NCBI RefSeq assembly: GCF_001194135.2
Contig: NC_068981.1
Location: forward strand, 187,798,846 to 187,832,876
Origin: Octopus bimaculoides
Taxonomy: Eukaryota
Reading direction: 5' to 3'
Length of the DNA: 34,031 nt
Shown here: one piece after another, positions 11,117-23,129 of the stretch
Layout: each line of letters begins with the position of its first letter
Position numbering within the stretch: the stretch's first letter is position 1
Program-made: the position numbers and the translations under genes
The notes under the pieces: model-generated
Told to the model about the DNA's origin: nothing
Database searches by the model: none
What the model saw: the letters and a program-made list of their open reading frames with translations, nothing else

Positions 11117-11990
11117 ATTTCTTGGAATTCATTTGTTTCTTGTCAAGTATTTTGTGTGTTTGTGTGTATGGTTTGGGGTGGTGGTGTTATTCCTGAAGGA
11201 AGAATCGAAAGCAGATTAGTAAATCAATAGGAATTAGCGTGTGCTGCTATTTTCATTTAAAAGATCCGTGTACAACGGAGAAGGAAAGCTGTTTTTAAAA
11301 GAAAGATGCATTGACAAAACATTATGTGTACTGGAATGGAAAACGTGCAAGAATGTTTAATTTGACGAAATCAAGTTCAGGAAAATGTAATTCAAAGAAA
11401 GACAATTCAACTCCTCCTTATCGTTTGTTAGAAGCTCGTGATGCTTGGTTTGATAATGAAGTAGATGTTACTCTTAGATAGAATTTCTTTGTTTTAATGT
11501 CTAAAATCTGTTCACCTTAGCAACATAAACGTTCGACATGATGTTGGAACGTAAAAGAATCTTCGAAAATATCAGTATCCACTTGGGTATAAAGAAAAAG
11601 TTCAATTAAAAATCATTAAAGCCAATTCGCAATTCATTTAGAAATATTTAGCGTCTCAAAGACATTCAGCTTTTGTGTCAATAAACTTTTAGAAATTGTG
11701 GCCATTGTACTCTGGAATATGCGTGAGAAATAAAAAGTGAAAATATTTGAGTTGTCTTTTCGAATATTACAATTGTAGAATATATTGTAAATCTTTATTA
11801 ATGACAATTGATTATCATGAAAATTAAGTGAAATATAAAATATATTATTAGTGTCATGTAACAGAGAAATAACTATAAATTAAGAAATGTAAACAGAAAA
11901 TGTTGATTATACATAACCTGCGAAAATTGCTTCTCTTAATGGAAACTAGAATAATTAAGGTTGCTGATTTTTCGAGTCACGCAATACCTT

Positions 11991-12126
11991 CATATTTTTG
12001 AATAGCTTTGTATATAACGTTTAATCGTAGAAATTACGAAATGTTTGAGAAATATTTCCATTTGCCGAAAGATTTACCAAATAGAAGACATTTTATATAT
12101 ATAAACATATTTATATATAACTTTGT
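11991..12126 (+). repeat. Dispersed direct repeat, copy 1 of 2
   Basis: Homologous to 14310-14457, with an identical 39 bp core at 12048-12086. Confidence 0.85.
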
Positions 12127-12387
12127 ATATATATGAATATTCGACAGAGAACGTACAACGTATCGTGAATTTTTATGCTCTTTAAAATATTACTGCAACT
12201 TAGGTTACGTAAGTGTATTTATACATATCTTCACACACACGCACACACATATCAAATTAAAAAGGGTGGCTTATCAGTAATTAGAACCTAAAGCCAAAAT
12301 GAATAGAGGTCACAAGACTGACAGAGGGTACTGAGTAGCACTGCTTTTGCTAAAGATAAGAGTTAAACTAACACAAAGCCACAAACA

Positions 12388-12463
12388 CAGGAGTAGCTAT
12401 GTGGTAAGAAGCCTGCTTCCTAACTACATGGCTTCGACTTCAGTCCCACTGCGTGGCACGTCC

Positions 12464-12551
<88 letters not shown>

Positions 12552-12745
12552 TATTGTGTGTCTGTGTTTGTTCTCCCACCATCGCTTGACAACCGATTTT
12601 GGAGTGTTTACGTCCTCGTAACTTAGCGGTTACGAAAGAATAAGTACTAGGCTTAGAAAGAGTAAGTCCTGAGGTTGATTTGTTCGAATAAATGGCCGCA
12701 GTCAAATGACTGAAACAAGTGAAAGAATGAAAGAATAAAAGAATA
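12388..12745 (+). mobile_element. tRNA-derived SINE with internal (TCTA)n(GA)n
   Basis: Head GGAGTAGCTATGTGGTAAG...TTCAGTCCCACTGCGTGGCAC. 3' end CAGTCAAATGACTGAAACAAGT followed by (GAAAGAAT)-type tail. Matches 27484-27917 in reverse. Confidence 0.85.
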
Positions 12746-12909
12746 CGTGAATGTACCTTCTAGCAAAGTGGAAACGTTTGTGGATTCATGGTTTGTGGAG
12801 ACTACTTACTTTGATATTGTTTTTTTTTTCTCCATAGATAATCTTATTAAACACAGATAACACTTAGATATTGATATCTAGTTTTAGGAGGTTATGTGTT
12901 ATACATTTA

Positions 12910-13142
12910 CAGGGTGGCCCAAAAGTAGGTTTACAACTATTCAACTATCTCTTTCATATTCATATATTAACGGTTTAGACCGTAATTATGTAAAAATATG
13001 AAAGCATTATCCTATGCGAATTTAGTTAATTTTGTCAAGCTGCCTTTACAGTTTGTAAGGCAGGAATTTAAATGTAATAAAATCTTTTAAACGAAATTCA
13101 AATGCTTATGTGATAACTGTAAACCTACTTCTGGCCACCCTG
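12910..13142. mobile_element. Tc1/mariner-type MITE, 233 bp
   Basis: TIRs CAGGGTGGCCCAAAAGTAGGTTTACA and TGTAAACCTACTTCTGGCCACCCTG. TA at 12908-12909 and 13143-13144. Confidence 0.9.
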
Positions 13143-13501
13143 TACATACATAAATACACACACGTTTGTATATTTGTATTTGCGTGCAATCTTGAATATC
13201 CGTGAACAAACATTGACTACCATAAGAACTGGCATGAGCTTTTTAAACTTAGGTTAAATTTACTACGACCCAGTGATGTTTATTCTCCCTTTAAGCAGTG
13301 TCAATGAATGGCGAATATACCTTTATTTTATTTTGCAATAATTTTCAATGAATAATTGATATCATATTTGACATCCTTATTGTCGGGCCAGGTTCATTGG
13401 AAGATTATAAAAGTCAGGAAAGTATCAAACGTCATTAGTCGTAATAAAACTATCATTGGGAAATCTGTAAATGTACATGTTTATATTAGTAGCTGGTGAT
13501 A

Positions 13502-13952
13502 CAAGGGGTGTTCATTAAAGATTTCCTCTGACCAACTTCCGCCTAGTGCAGGAAACGGAAGTTGTGCAGGTACAATCATACATGTCTCTTCATGACACAT
13601 TGTAAATTTCAGCTGTCCACTAGTATTCGTTTGTCTTTTACGGATGCTGAAGTGGACTAAGGTGTTGTAATGGAGGCAGTTGAATGCAGATCAGTGATCA
13701 GGTTCTTATACTTGAAAGGTCGTAAAACAAAAGAGACTTTCTATGAGATAAAAGAAGTTATTATCATACAACGTAGTCAGGCACTGGCATCGCCAGTGCA
13801 TTTGTTGTCGGGCATCAGTGGAAACCGCTCCTATTCCTGGACGACCACATTCCGTCATTGCTGACGACACCATCCATAAAGTAGAAGCCGCCATTTTGGC
13901 GGATCACCGCATAACTATTCAACAACTAGCCCAAGAAGTGAAGATAAGTGTG
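13502..13952 (+). mobile_element. Mariner element, 5' half (left TIR plus N-terminal transposase remnant)
   Basis: TA|CAAGGGGTGTTCA terminus. From ATG 13670: MEAVECRSVIRFLYLKGRKTKETFYEIKEV/SYNVVRHWHRQ...SVETAPIPGRPHSVIADDTIHKVEAAILADHRITIQQLAQEVKISV, matching mariner HTH and GRP motifs. Truncated before the catalytic domain. Confidence 0.85.
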
Positions 13953-14309
13953 AAGTAGCAAAAGTACCCAATAAAGATAAAAATGAAAGATTCCCCCGAG
14001 AGCTTTGTATATTTCGAGAAGCAGTACGATCCCTGTTCTGAATATGTGTACCTTAACCAATTGCCGGTACTGTAAATTATATGTGATACACATGAGATAT
14101 TTCCCTGGCGTCTATGCATCATATATGCTAACGACACCCAATTTTTTTAACCGCGAGAGTAAAATGGGGCTTATGAAAGGAAAGCTATGTTACTCAGAAT
14201 ATATGAAACAGGCTAAGTCTGAAAACAGGGCAGTAACGTTTAGAAAAAAGAAATATTATGAAAATGATTTTGACAGGTAAAGAGATAAGGAACATCGTTA
14301 CTCTTAGGT

Positions 14310-14457
14310 CATATTTTTTGAATAGCGTTGTATAAAACGCTTAATCTTACAGATTACAAATTTTTTCAGAAATATTTCCATTTGCCGAAAGATTTACCAA
14401 ATAGAAAGCATTTCATATATATATATATATATAAACATCTTTTTATATAAAATTTGT
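14310..14457 (+). repeat. Dispersed direct repeat, copy 2 of 2
   Basis: Homologous to 11991-12126, with an identical core at 14368-14406. Confidence 0.85.
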
Positions 14458-15344
14458 GTGAGATGTGTGTGTTTGTATGGGGATGAGCGTGTTTGTGTAC
14501 TTGTGTGTGTATATATTTCTGTTTCTGTATGCGTGCGTAAGTAATTGTGTACTCGTAGACATTGTATTCATATTGTGGAACATATATTCCAATGCGCAGA
14601 GACTTTAAAACGAGTTGAGTGAATTTGTTTCTAAAACGAGTAATACGGCGGTAGGTATTTCGAGGATGATAAGTACATTCAGAAAATATGTCAGCCTGAC
14701 ATATCAAGGATGATAAACTTCTGATAAAAATTCAACATAAAGTATGGTGTAATTGATTCAAAAAAGCAATGTAAAACGTCTAGTTGATCATTTTTGAAAT
14801 TTCGTAACCTCAGAGATGATATATGCCTTTAAGTTTGGAAATGAAGAGAATAAATGTTTCGTGTGTGCTTTTTTACCACTTTCTATGATAAACTTTGACT
14901 GATTTGTTTATCAGCAAACTCGTGGATTTTGATTCTCGCTTCTGAAAATAGAATTCTTTTACTAAAAACGCCATTTAAATCTACTACATCTGAATATTAA
15001 TTAATGTCAGATAATTGCTGTCATATATTTCCCGTTTAGCGTTTATGTGTTTTATATTATATCAATTATTTAGCAATAAATCTCATTTGTGAGGTAACTG
15101 CATTTAATTTATCGCAATATAATAGCTATATTAAACGGCAGTTAAAACCTCTTTTAACTTTTCTTATCCAAAAACTCACTGCATTGCTTTTGCTATAACA
15201 AATTTCATCTCCGTTTAAAGTATTTAGAGTTCATGCGAATTTTGCATTTTAAGCACAAATATGATGATTGTATCCAGTATCGATTCTCAAATGCTATAAT
15301 TCAAATTTTTTTCCCGCCAGCGTCCTGTAAAAAATTATCTGCAC

Positions 15345-15990
15345 GTCTGCATGTGTATGTGTGCATGTGTGTGTATGTGTATGTTTGTGTGTATGCGTGC
15401 GTGTATATGTGTGCGTGTGTATGCGTGAGTGTGTATGCGTGCGTGCACATACGCATGTGTGTGTGTATATGTATGGGTATGTGTGTGTGTATGTATGGGT
15501 ATGTGTGTATGGGTATGTGTGCATGGGTATGTGTGTATATGCATATATGTATGTATGAGTATACATGTATATGTATGCATGTATGTATGCTTGTGTAAGT
15601 GTGCATGGGCATGAGGCATGTGCGTGCGTGCATGTGCTGGAAAGCGTGCGTGTATGTGTATGCTGATATGTGTATGCTGATATGTGTACGCGTACATGTA
15701 CATGTATATATATGTATGTATGTATATGTACATATATATGTATATATATGTATGTATATATATATATATATATANNNNNNNNNNGTATATATGTGTATAT
15801 ATATGTATGTATATATGTATATATATATGTATGTTTATATATGTATATGTAAATATATGTATGTATATGTAAATAGATGTATATATATCTATATATGTAT
15901 ATATATGTATACATATGTATATATATATATATGTATATATATGTACATGTATTTACATACCTACATCTACATGTATATATATATAGATGC
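15345..15990. repeat. Degenerate (TG)/(TA)/(TATG) microsatellite field
   Basis: Direct reading. This field is the source of the spurious HT/CV/YI-rich ORFs. Confidence 0.95.
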
Positions 15991-15994
15991 ATAT

Positions 15995-16600
15995 CTGGGT
16001 ACAGGACGTCACAAAAAACGTGGATAAAATAAAAAAGAGAACATAGACAGAGTACAGAAAACACACAGGCCACATGGAGAACATTTCCTTCGTCAACTGC
16101 CACCATTCTAAAACTAAGCGTTTCGAAGAATTAGGGCAGGACGCATTGTTAGAATGGCTCTTCCCGCGGAAACAAATTAAATTTGTAATGTGGTGGAATA
16201 TCGTGGCGAACAGAAAACATGACAGGAAAATGAAACAGTGAAAATAAACAAGAAAGGCTAGTAGGGCCAGACGTGAAAAAATAGATGTGAAAACTGAACG
16301 CTGTGATGAGACGAACTGGAAGGAAGAGAGAAGTTGTTCGTGCTGGATTGGCAGTGACCAAGATAAGAAACGAGGCAGAAGCCGGACACATGTGACCGGC
16401 GAGGGATAAGGAGAAAGAGTGGTAGAGAGAGAAAAAAAGGGGAGGAAGTAGAATATAGGTGAACGACGAGAGACAGGGAGGAAGAGAGAGAGATATATAG
16501 AAGTGACGGGGAGAAGCCAAAAACAACAGAAGGAAGAACGAGAGGGGGAGAAAGATACAAAGATAGAGTCGCATCAGAAATATAAAGTTAAAACTTATTT
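15995..16600 (-). mobile_element. Possible decayed PLE-type terminal repeat
   Basis: Minus strand is pyrimidine-rich and carries hammerhead-like words (GGAAGAGC...TCGAAACGC and CAGTTGACGAAGG). Layout resembles 21467-21870. Confidence 0.35.
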
Positions 16601-17569
16601 GCAAAGATGACGCGTGCGTTTGCTCATGTCCGTAAAATGTCTAATCGTCCGTAAAATGCCGATTGGCATAGTGTATGCTTAAATTTATGTGCTTTGCCTA
16701 CAGCTGTACTGCATTTTAGCTCTTCTTTCTAACAATACATATTTTTCGAACACCCTAGTCACATTTCGTGACAAGTATATATATATAAATAAATGCAAGA
16801 AAATCTCCATAAATTAAAAACACATAAACAATTATTACCCTTACCAAAATTAATATTCCTATGACGTACAATCACACAATGCCAATGTATGTTATAATAT
16901 ATACAACAAAACTATTATAAATCAAGAAAACAAGAACCCTTAAGTTTGTTCAAAATCTACGAGGATTAAAATTTCAATGAAGGATAACTTAGAACCATAA
17001 AACACATGATATGAAATGTTCACAGTCCACAAACACTTCAAACATATACTCCATGTGTTCGACACCCGAGAAGAACTTTTAATCCGGCGGAATCAACAAT
17101 ATGCAATTGCTCGCGTAATCTCTGAGTTTTTGTATTAGCTATATATATTTTATAAGAAATCAATATCTATGAATAAAAATAGAGCGTTTCTATAAAGAAA
17201 TTTACTTTCAATCTAGGTTCATATAATCACCAAGGAGTTTTGTTTTTGTGTTTCAGAGGTCGGTAAAAATGTTTCAGTAATATGTTTGGGGCATTTTTAT
17301 CAGTTATACCCCTCTTCTAAAAATATGATCTTTGTTATTTAGTCAGAAATAAATATTAACATTATCGCCGTAAGTCAAGATATAGTCCTACAACAAATCC
17401 TAACAGCGATATCATTTCTATTTTTGATACCTTTCGTATCACTTCCATTTTGACTTATAGCTTTAATTCCTCGGGTATAATCTCTAACTTCCTATTTTGT
17501 CATTTCTTAAGATAATGCCCATTGTCTCTCCCAACATCGTATGAACACGATATGTATTTACTTTTACAG

Positions 17570-17620
17570 GGAGGTTACAAGTGATTCGGTGTTAGATCTA
17601 AACGTTGATTCAGTTCTTTG
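17570..17620 (+). other. Candidate symmetric micro-exon, 51 bp (unverified)
   Basis: Strong acceptor TATTTACTTTTACAG, weak donor GTATTC. Only one frame is open: EVTSDSVLDLNVDSVL. Confidence 0.2.
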
Positions 17621-17981
17621 GTATTCATATATTTCTGACTTCTCTCTTCTCTATTTTGTGTTTCTCTACTGAAGAGCATGTGGGCTTCCTGTTTCTTTCC
17701 TTTTTATTCTATTTCCCGTTATTGTATTGATTTCCCACCTAAACATATGCTGCGCAATTATTGGCGTTACATTTGCTGATTTTTGGTACTTTATTCTATC
17801 GATCTGCAAGATAAGCAAAATGGATTGTGGCAAGGTTCGAACTCGTAAGTACGATATGACAATTATCGACTCGGCCAATCGACTCGTTCCTTTATAATTA
17901 CAGTCTCTTATTTTTCTCACATAAACGCGAGCCACAAACTTATAAGAAGTGTTATTGATCATATTAATTCTAGTACTTGAT

Positions 17982-18045
17982 TGATACTGTATTTTTATCG
18001 ATCCTGAGAGGATGTAAGTCCAAGTCGACCTTGGTATATTTGAAA
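17982..18045 (-). mobile_element. SINE fragment (family of 18297-18503)
   Basis: Reverse complement TTCAAAT..CCAAGGTCGACTT.G.CTT.CATCCT.TC.GG.TCGATAAAA aligns to the body of that family. Confidence 0.5.
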
Positions 18046-18296
18046 ACATTAATACAATGCTTCACGTATACGATACTGCATTAGCAATAACGATTTATTA
18101 GATAGCTACAAGGCCATGAATTTTTAGGGGAGTGTATTCAAAGAAAAGGACACTGATACACAATCGGTTCTTATTTTATTGACCCCAGGATCAGAGGCCA
18201 CATTATCTCAACGATACATAAATAAAACAAATCGTTTTCTTTCCACCCTTCGACAGATACTGCAATTCACTGCAATAGTAATATTCCTTAGGCTTC

Positions 18297-18503
18297 AAGG
18301 CGGCGGACTCGATAGCACGCCAGGAAAACGCTTAGCGGCATTTTACCCATCTTCAGGATCTGAGTTCAAATTCCGCCGAGGTCGACTTTGCCTTCCTTTC
18401 TTTCGGGATCAATAGCGCAAGTACAGTTGAACACTGGGATCCATATAGGCAACTTACCCATTCTCCTGAACTTGCTGCCCTTGGGCCAAAATTTGAAAGT
18501 AAT
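18297..18503 (+). mobile_element. SINE-like interspersed repeat
   Basis: B-box-like GAGTTCAAATTCC. Collinear with 10911-11116. Confidence 0.75.
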
Positions 18504-19996
18504 ATTTCTTTGGCTTCATAAATTTTTAAAACACCAACATGGCTGATTCTATTAAGATTTAACACATTTTGTTTAATACAAATTCTCAAGGGGACTTGAA
18601 GTTATGTATATAAGACACTGCTGACGTTTGGTTTGATTAAAACTGCCCGATTGACGATTGAAATATAAGGGAATTGTCTATAGTGCAGGCTGGACAATAT
18701 AGATTGAAATGAGCCTATGAAAATGATTGTTTCTCATTGTCTCTTAAAATTACACCCTACCGTCTTAAGAAAGAAGCACTGACATCTTGCATACTGTTGT
18801 CTTGCGTACATTACATTTGACAGAAATATGTAATACTCAACTGAAAGTGGGAATACATTAGACGACATTGCTACTTGCTGACCTTGGACTAAACAATAAC
18901 AACAACAGCAGCAGCAGCAACTAGAACACCAACGACATATATAAAAATGGCGATTAATCTTCGCATATTATTATTCCAATGTTCTTCAATCTACTGACCT
19001 ATAATCCGAATAATCTTTTCAAAGTAAGATTCCATCAGATTTTCATGTTATCTTTCCCCCTCATACAATTCAAAAGGTTTCTCTCTTGCTGTGAACATGT
19101 ATATTTGCGACATATATCTTGCCAATATTTCTATCAAATATGTGAATTAGAGATGCGATATCTGATATTTAGCTCTCCCTCTCTTTGCCATAACTTCGAT
19201 ATTAAGATCAATTTCCTATAAGACCTTCATACACCTGTGCAGTATTTCCCTATTGGGCCTTGTGCTTACAAAGTTCACACTATCGTATCTCTTTTCAATA
19301 GCCTTGAATGACACACATTTCATTTTCTCACAACTAGAAAACTATTCTCAGAATAAAATGGTAATAACTGAAGCCAGACTAACTACAAATTAAAACATTG
19401 AAGCTATTATATCAAATATAATTTATAATCTTCATTGCTTCACATATTTTAAGAGTTTTAATGACTTACACAGTAAAATTTCAAGCAGCAATCGTATGGT
19501 GGTTTGTGAAATAGAAGCAAAGGAGATAAGTCTAACATGTAGATATTTCGTGTTTCAACTTTAACCCCTTACTCCTAAACCCCAACCTACAAGCCCTTAT
19601 GTATAGTAGGAAGTCCATGTACTTGTCAGATATTTTACTAGAATTTTCTTCGTTGAGTTGTTTTGAGATTTTAATGTCAAATCATCGAAACTAACGTAAA
19701 TATACTACTGTATTTGTGTAACATTGTTCGTTTTTTTCCGTCCTTGTTTTTGTATACATTCGCTGCTTTCTTCCAAGGAATCTAATGCTCTTAGCTTAGT
19801 TTTTCCTTGGGGCTGGACAGATTGGAACAATATCGAGAATAACCAGCCGAAATTGCAAAGATAATCTGGATCTCGACCGAAGAGAGAAAACTCCGAATGA
19901 CCTGTCCGTGTTTTCTTTGTATCGTCTATCTGGATGTTTTGTCCCTTTCTTGTATCACCTAACGGTCTGGATGTTTTGCGTTCTTGTCCAATTCTG

Positions 19997-19997
<1 letters not shown>

Positions 19998-20053
<56 letters not shown>

Positions 20054-20090
20054 GTGTGTGTGTGTGTGTGTGTGTATGTGTGTGTGTATC
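19998..20090. repeat. (TA)n(TG)n microsatellite
   Basis: Direct reading. Confidence 0.95.
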
Positions 20091-20134
20091 TCTTTATATT
20101 TATATATATTGAACACAAAACCACCTAGTTGTTG

Positions 20135-20170
20135 AGCGAGGTTCTTAACCAGACTGCCATGCCTGCGCCT
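20135..20170 (-). mobile_element. SINE head fragment
   Basis: Reverse complement AGGCGCAGGCATGGCAGTCTGGTTAAGAAC matches the heads at 22293 and 26916. Confidence 0.55.
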
Positions 20171-20620
20171 ATGAGAGACACTTGACCATTGTGTCGAACC
20201 ATAGGACTTAATTCGATGTATATGTAATAAAGAGTGCTGATAGTATATACTACTCTATAGCTGGACTTATTTCTCTTCATGCTTCTTGGTTTCTGGTCGT
20301 ACGGCTGACTCGTTACGATGACTTGGAAAATCAATTCTAACCGACTGTAAGTTTTAATAAGCATTTTTAACAGCTGAGTCGTCTTCAGTAAAATGAAGAA
20401 AGGTAGTTTGCTCAAAGAACCCCCCCCCCTGCTAAACTTGGAATCGAACCAATGATTTTATTATAGAGAACATAATTGCTGAACTAATAGGCTGTTATCT
20501 TCGATATGTGTAATATATGTATGAACTGAAATAGTTCTACATTGATGAGGGGTAATTGAAGAGAAAGGCGATTTTATGTCAATTTGCAGCTTATGACAAT
20601 TTACAAAATATATCCGGTGT

Positions 20621-20840
20621 AAGTTAAGTTCCTTCCCGAGTCAAAGGGCTGGTTTCCTGGTTTGCATGGCGTATGTATTCCACCCCCTGGATTGGGTACC
20701 GGTCCGTCCCAGGATTACATATTTTTACCCGCTGAGAGGACTGGAGCAACTGAAATAAAGTGTTTTGCTCAAGAACACAACGCCTCGCCCGGATCAGGAA
20801 TCCAATTTAACACTCTAACCACTAAACTACGCGCCTCCAC
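20621..20840 (-). mobile_element. tRNA-derived SINE
   Basis: Reverse-complement head GTGGAGGCGCGTAGTTTAGTGGTTAGAGTG (related to the head at 23920), body TTGAGCAAAACACTTTATTTCAGTTGCTCCAGT, short (AACTT)n tail. Confidence 0.75.
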
Positions 20841-21422
20841 AATATATCTGGTACAGAAATGAATTTGCAACGAGGTACATCTCAGGCTTCCTTGCTATGA
20901 AAAGAGACAAGGTATATTCAGGCTATATTATCTGATTGACGGTTTGTTTGGTTACAACAAGAACAAAAAACTACAGCTTTATTTTTACGTGTTATGAAAC
21001 TCAGTGGCTCGAGGATACATTTGAAATTTTCAGCATAAATAAATATTAATAATCTACGAGTAATTTAAGGTACAGAACCAAAAAGATTAATAGACATTTG
21101 TATGGTTAATGATATCACATTAAAAGAAACATTATTGAGCTTCTGGGCCCAAAACATCTATTATTTGTCAAAATATTAATAATGCTTAAATACCGAATGT
21201 TTTATATTTTATATTTTAACTTTCATAAATGAACATTTGGGAATACTATTACTACTAAGCAATCAATACATTTATGTATAGAGTAGAGCCTAAATATATA
21301 TATATTTTATGTTCCGTGATCTTAACCGCTGTGTCGTTCAACGTTCATAAATCATGTTAAGTCATTCGATTTTAATGCTTTTCCGCCATCTTTCTCTCTC
21401 ACACACACATACAAGTGTATGT

Positions 21423-21423
<1 letters not shown>

Positions 21424-21453
<30 letters not shown>

Positions 21454-21466
21454 TAATAATAATAAT
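21424..21466. repeat. (TAA)n microsatellite
   Basis: Direct reading. Confidence 0.95.
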
Positions 21467-21870
21467 GCAAATAATACAAATAACATGAAATACGTAAACA
21501 AACGGGGGAAAAATGAGTGAAATACGTGAAAAACTAAAAAATAATGGAAGACAGGACAAGTAAACACATACAAAAGAACCTTCATCAGTTGTCGGCTGTC
21601 TATCTACTCCTCATTTCGAGTATTCAATGACAATATGAGTCTTCAAAGACAGCTGCTCTTATAAATTCTAAAATAAAATTTAGGATTTATGGGGGGGGGG
21701 GGTCAAAGCTGGGAACAAAAAAATGACACTAGAGACATACAAGGAAACTGAACGAAAACTAACATGGAGGGTCGTTAGACTAAAACGAGAGGAAAATAGT
21801 GAACGCTGTGAGAAACAATTTTTTGAAAAGAGAAAAGATAGAAGAGAGAGAAAACACACACACATATAAT
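21467..21870 (-). mobile_element. Possible decayed PLE-type terminal repeat
   Basis: Minus strand has TTTGAAGA...CTCGAAA followed by an intact CTGATGAAGG. Shares GAACGCTGTGA and overall layout with 15995-16600. Confidence 0.35.
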
Positions 21871-22292
21871 ATGATACATCGATAAAACACGTACACACAA
21901 ATTAAATGTGTGCATGTAATTTTGTGTCTATATCTGTGTAAACGAACACAATGTTTTAGAATATTTTACTGTGCGCATCAGCGTTCATGAATGTAAGTAA
22001 TGGGCACAAGCTCAAAGAGAATGAACGAGGCAAAATAAGCGAATATTCAACCCTCATCAGATATCCCATGAAAGATTCTGTCAGTTTTGACGTTTTGAGA
22101 TATAGCTGCTAAAATAGGAGTATGTTAAACCGTGGGACCAGACCAAAAAACAAAGAAACGGGTGGAATATATTGTGGAAACTTAATTACCTGAACGGAGA
22201 TAAAAAGCAATGATATGTTAAAGAATTACAGAAAATTGTGATTATGGCAAGGAAAACGGAAAATATAGGTCATGCGATGAAATGAAATATAT

Positions 22293-22716
22293 CGCAGGTA
22301 TGGCTGTTTGGCAAGAAATTTGCCTCCCAGCGACATGGTTCCAGGTTCAGTACGACTGCATGGTGCCTAGGGCAAGTGTCTCCTAAAACAGCCACAGGCT
22401 GACTAATGCCTTGCGAGTGGATTCGGTAGACGGAAACTGAAAGAAGCCTGTCGTGTGTTTATATATGTATGTGTGTGTGTCTCCCATCACTGCTTGATAA
22501 CTGGTGTTGATTTTTTTACGTCTCTGTAAAGCAGCGGTTTGGAAAATGAGATCAATAGAATAAGTACTAAGCTTACAAAAAGCACTGGCTTTTTATTCAT
22601 ACAAATTTTTATTATTTATACAAAGAGCACTGGATTTTATTCGTCCGAGTAAAATCTCTTCAAGGCATTGCCACAGCATGACTGCGGTTTAATGGCTGAA
22701 AAGAGTAAAAAAGAAA
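22293..22716 (+). mobile_element. tRNA-derived SINE, diverged full-length copy
   Basis: Head CGCAGGTATGGCTGTTTGG...GGTTCAGT, body GGTAGACGGAAACTGAAAGAAGCC, internal (TA)(TG)n. Collinear in reverse with 27484-27917. Confidence 0.85.
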
Positions 22717-22782
22717 GCATAAATCTGTTTATATTATTTACATTATTTATATTTGACGGATATTTGTCCTCATCTTGTTGTT

Positions 22783-22828
22783 AACACAACGTTTCGGCTG
22801 ATACACCCTCCAGCCTTCATCAGGTGTC
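22783..22828 (-). ncRNA. Minimal type I hammerhead ribozyme (intact motif)
   Basis: Reverse complement: GACAC-CTGATGA-A-GGCTG-GAGGGTGTAT-CAGCC-GAAA-CGTT-GTGTT. Confidence 0.75.
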
Positions 22829-22884
22829 TTGGGGAAATTTCGAACCTGGGTTCTCATTCTTACGGTATTTCTTTGATGTTGTTG

Positions 22885-22925
<41 letters not shown>

Positions 22926-23129
22926 TTTCAGGTCACTGCTTGGAATCGAACTCGGAATCTTGGAGTTAGTAGCCCGCGCTTTTAACCACTACGCCATGTG
23001 GCGTAGTGGTTAAGAGCACGGGCTACTATCCCCAAGATTTCGAGTTCGATTCCAGGCAGTGACCTGAATAATAATAACAGCATCGAAAAATACCTTAGGA
23101 ATGAGAACCCAGGTTTAAAATTTCCCCAA

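Noticed and set aside
14005-14280. ORF ending MGLMKGKLCYSEYMKQAKSENRAVTFRKKKYYENDFDR with a CAG|GTAAAG donor
   Set aside because: No convincing acceptor and no recognised protein
15233-16106. His/Thr-, Cys/Val- and Tyr/Ile-rich ORFs
   Set aside because: Translations of dinucleotide repeats
19700-19997. Repeat-like block with CCGAAGA-GAG-AAAA-CTC-CGAAT
   Set aside because: Too many core deviations to call a hammerhead, and the family is unidentified
20261-20346. Segment between a TATAG acceptor and a GTAAGT donor
   Set aside because: All three frames contain stops, so at most a noncoding exon
21995-22170. Tc3-like start GHKLKENERGKI
   Set aside because: Similarity fades after ~12 residues and no TIR was found
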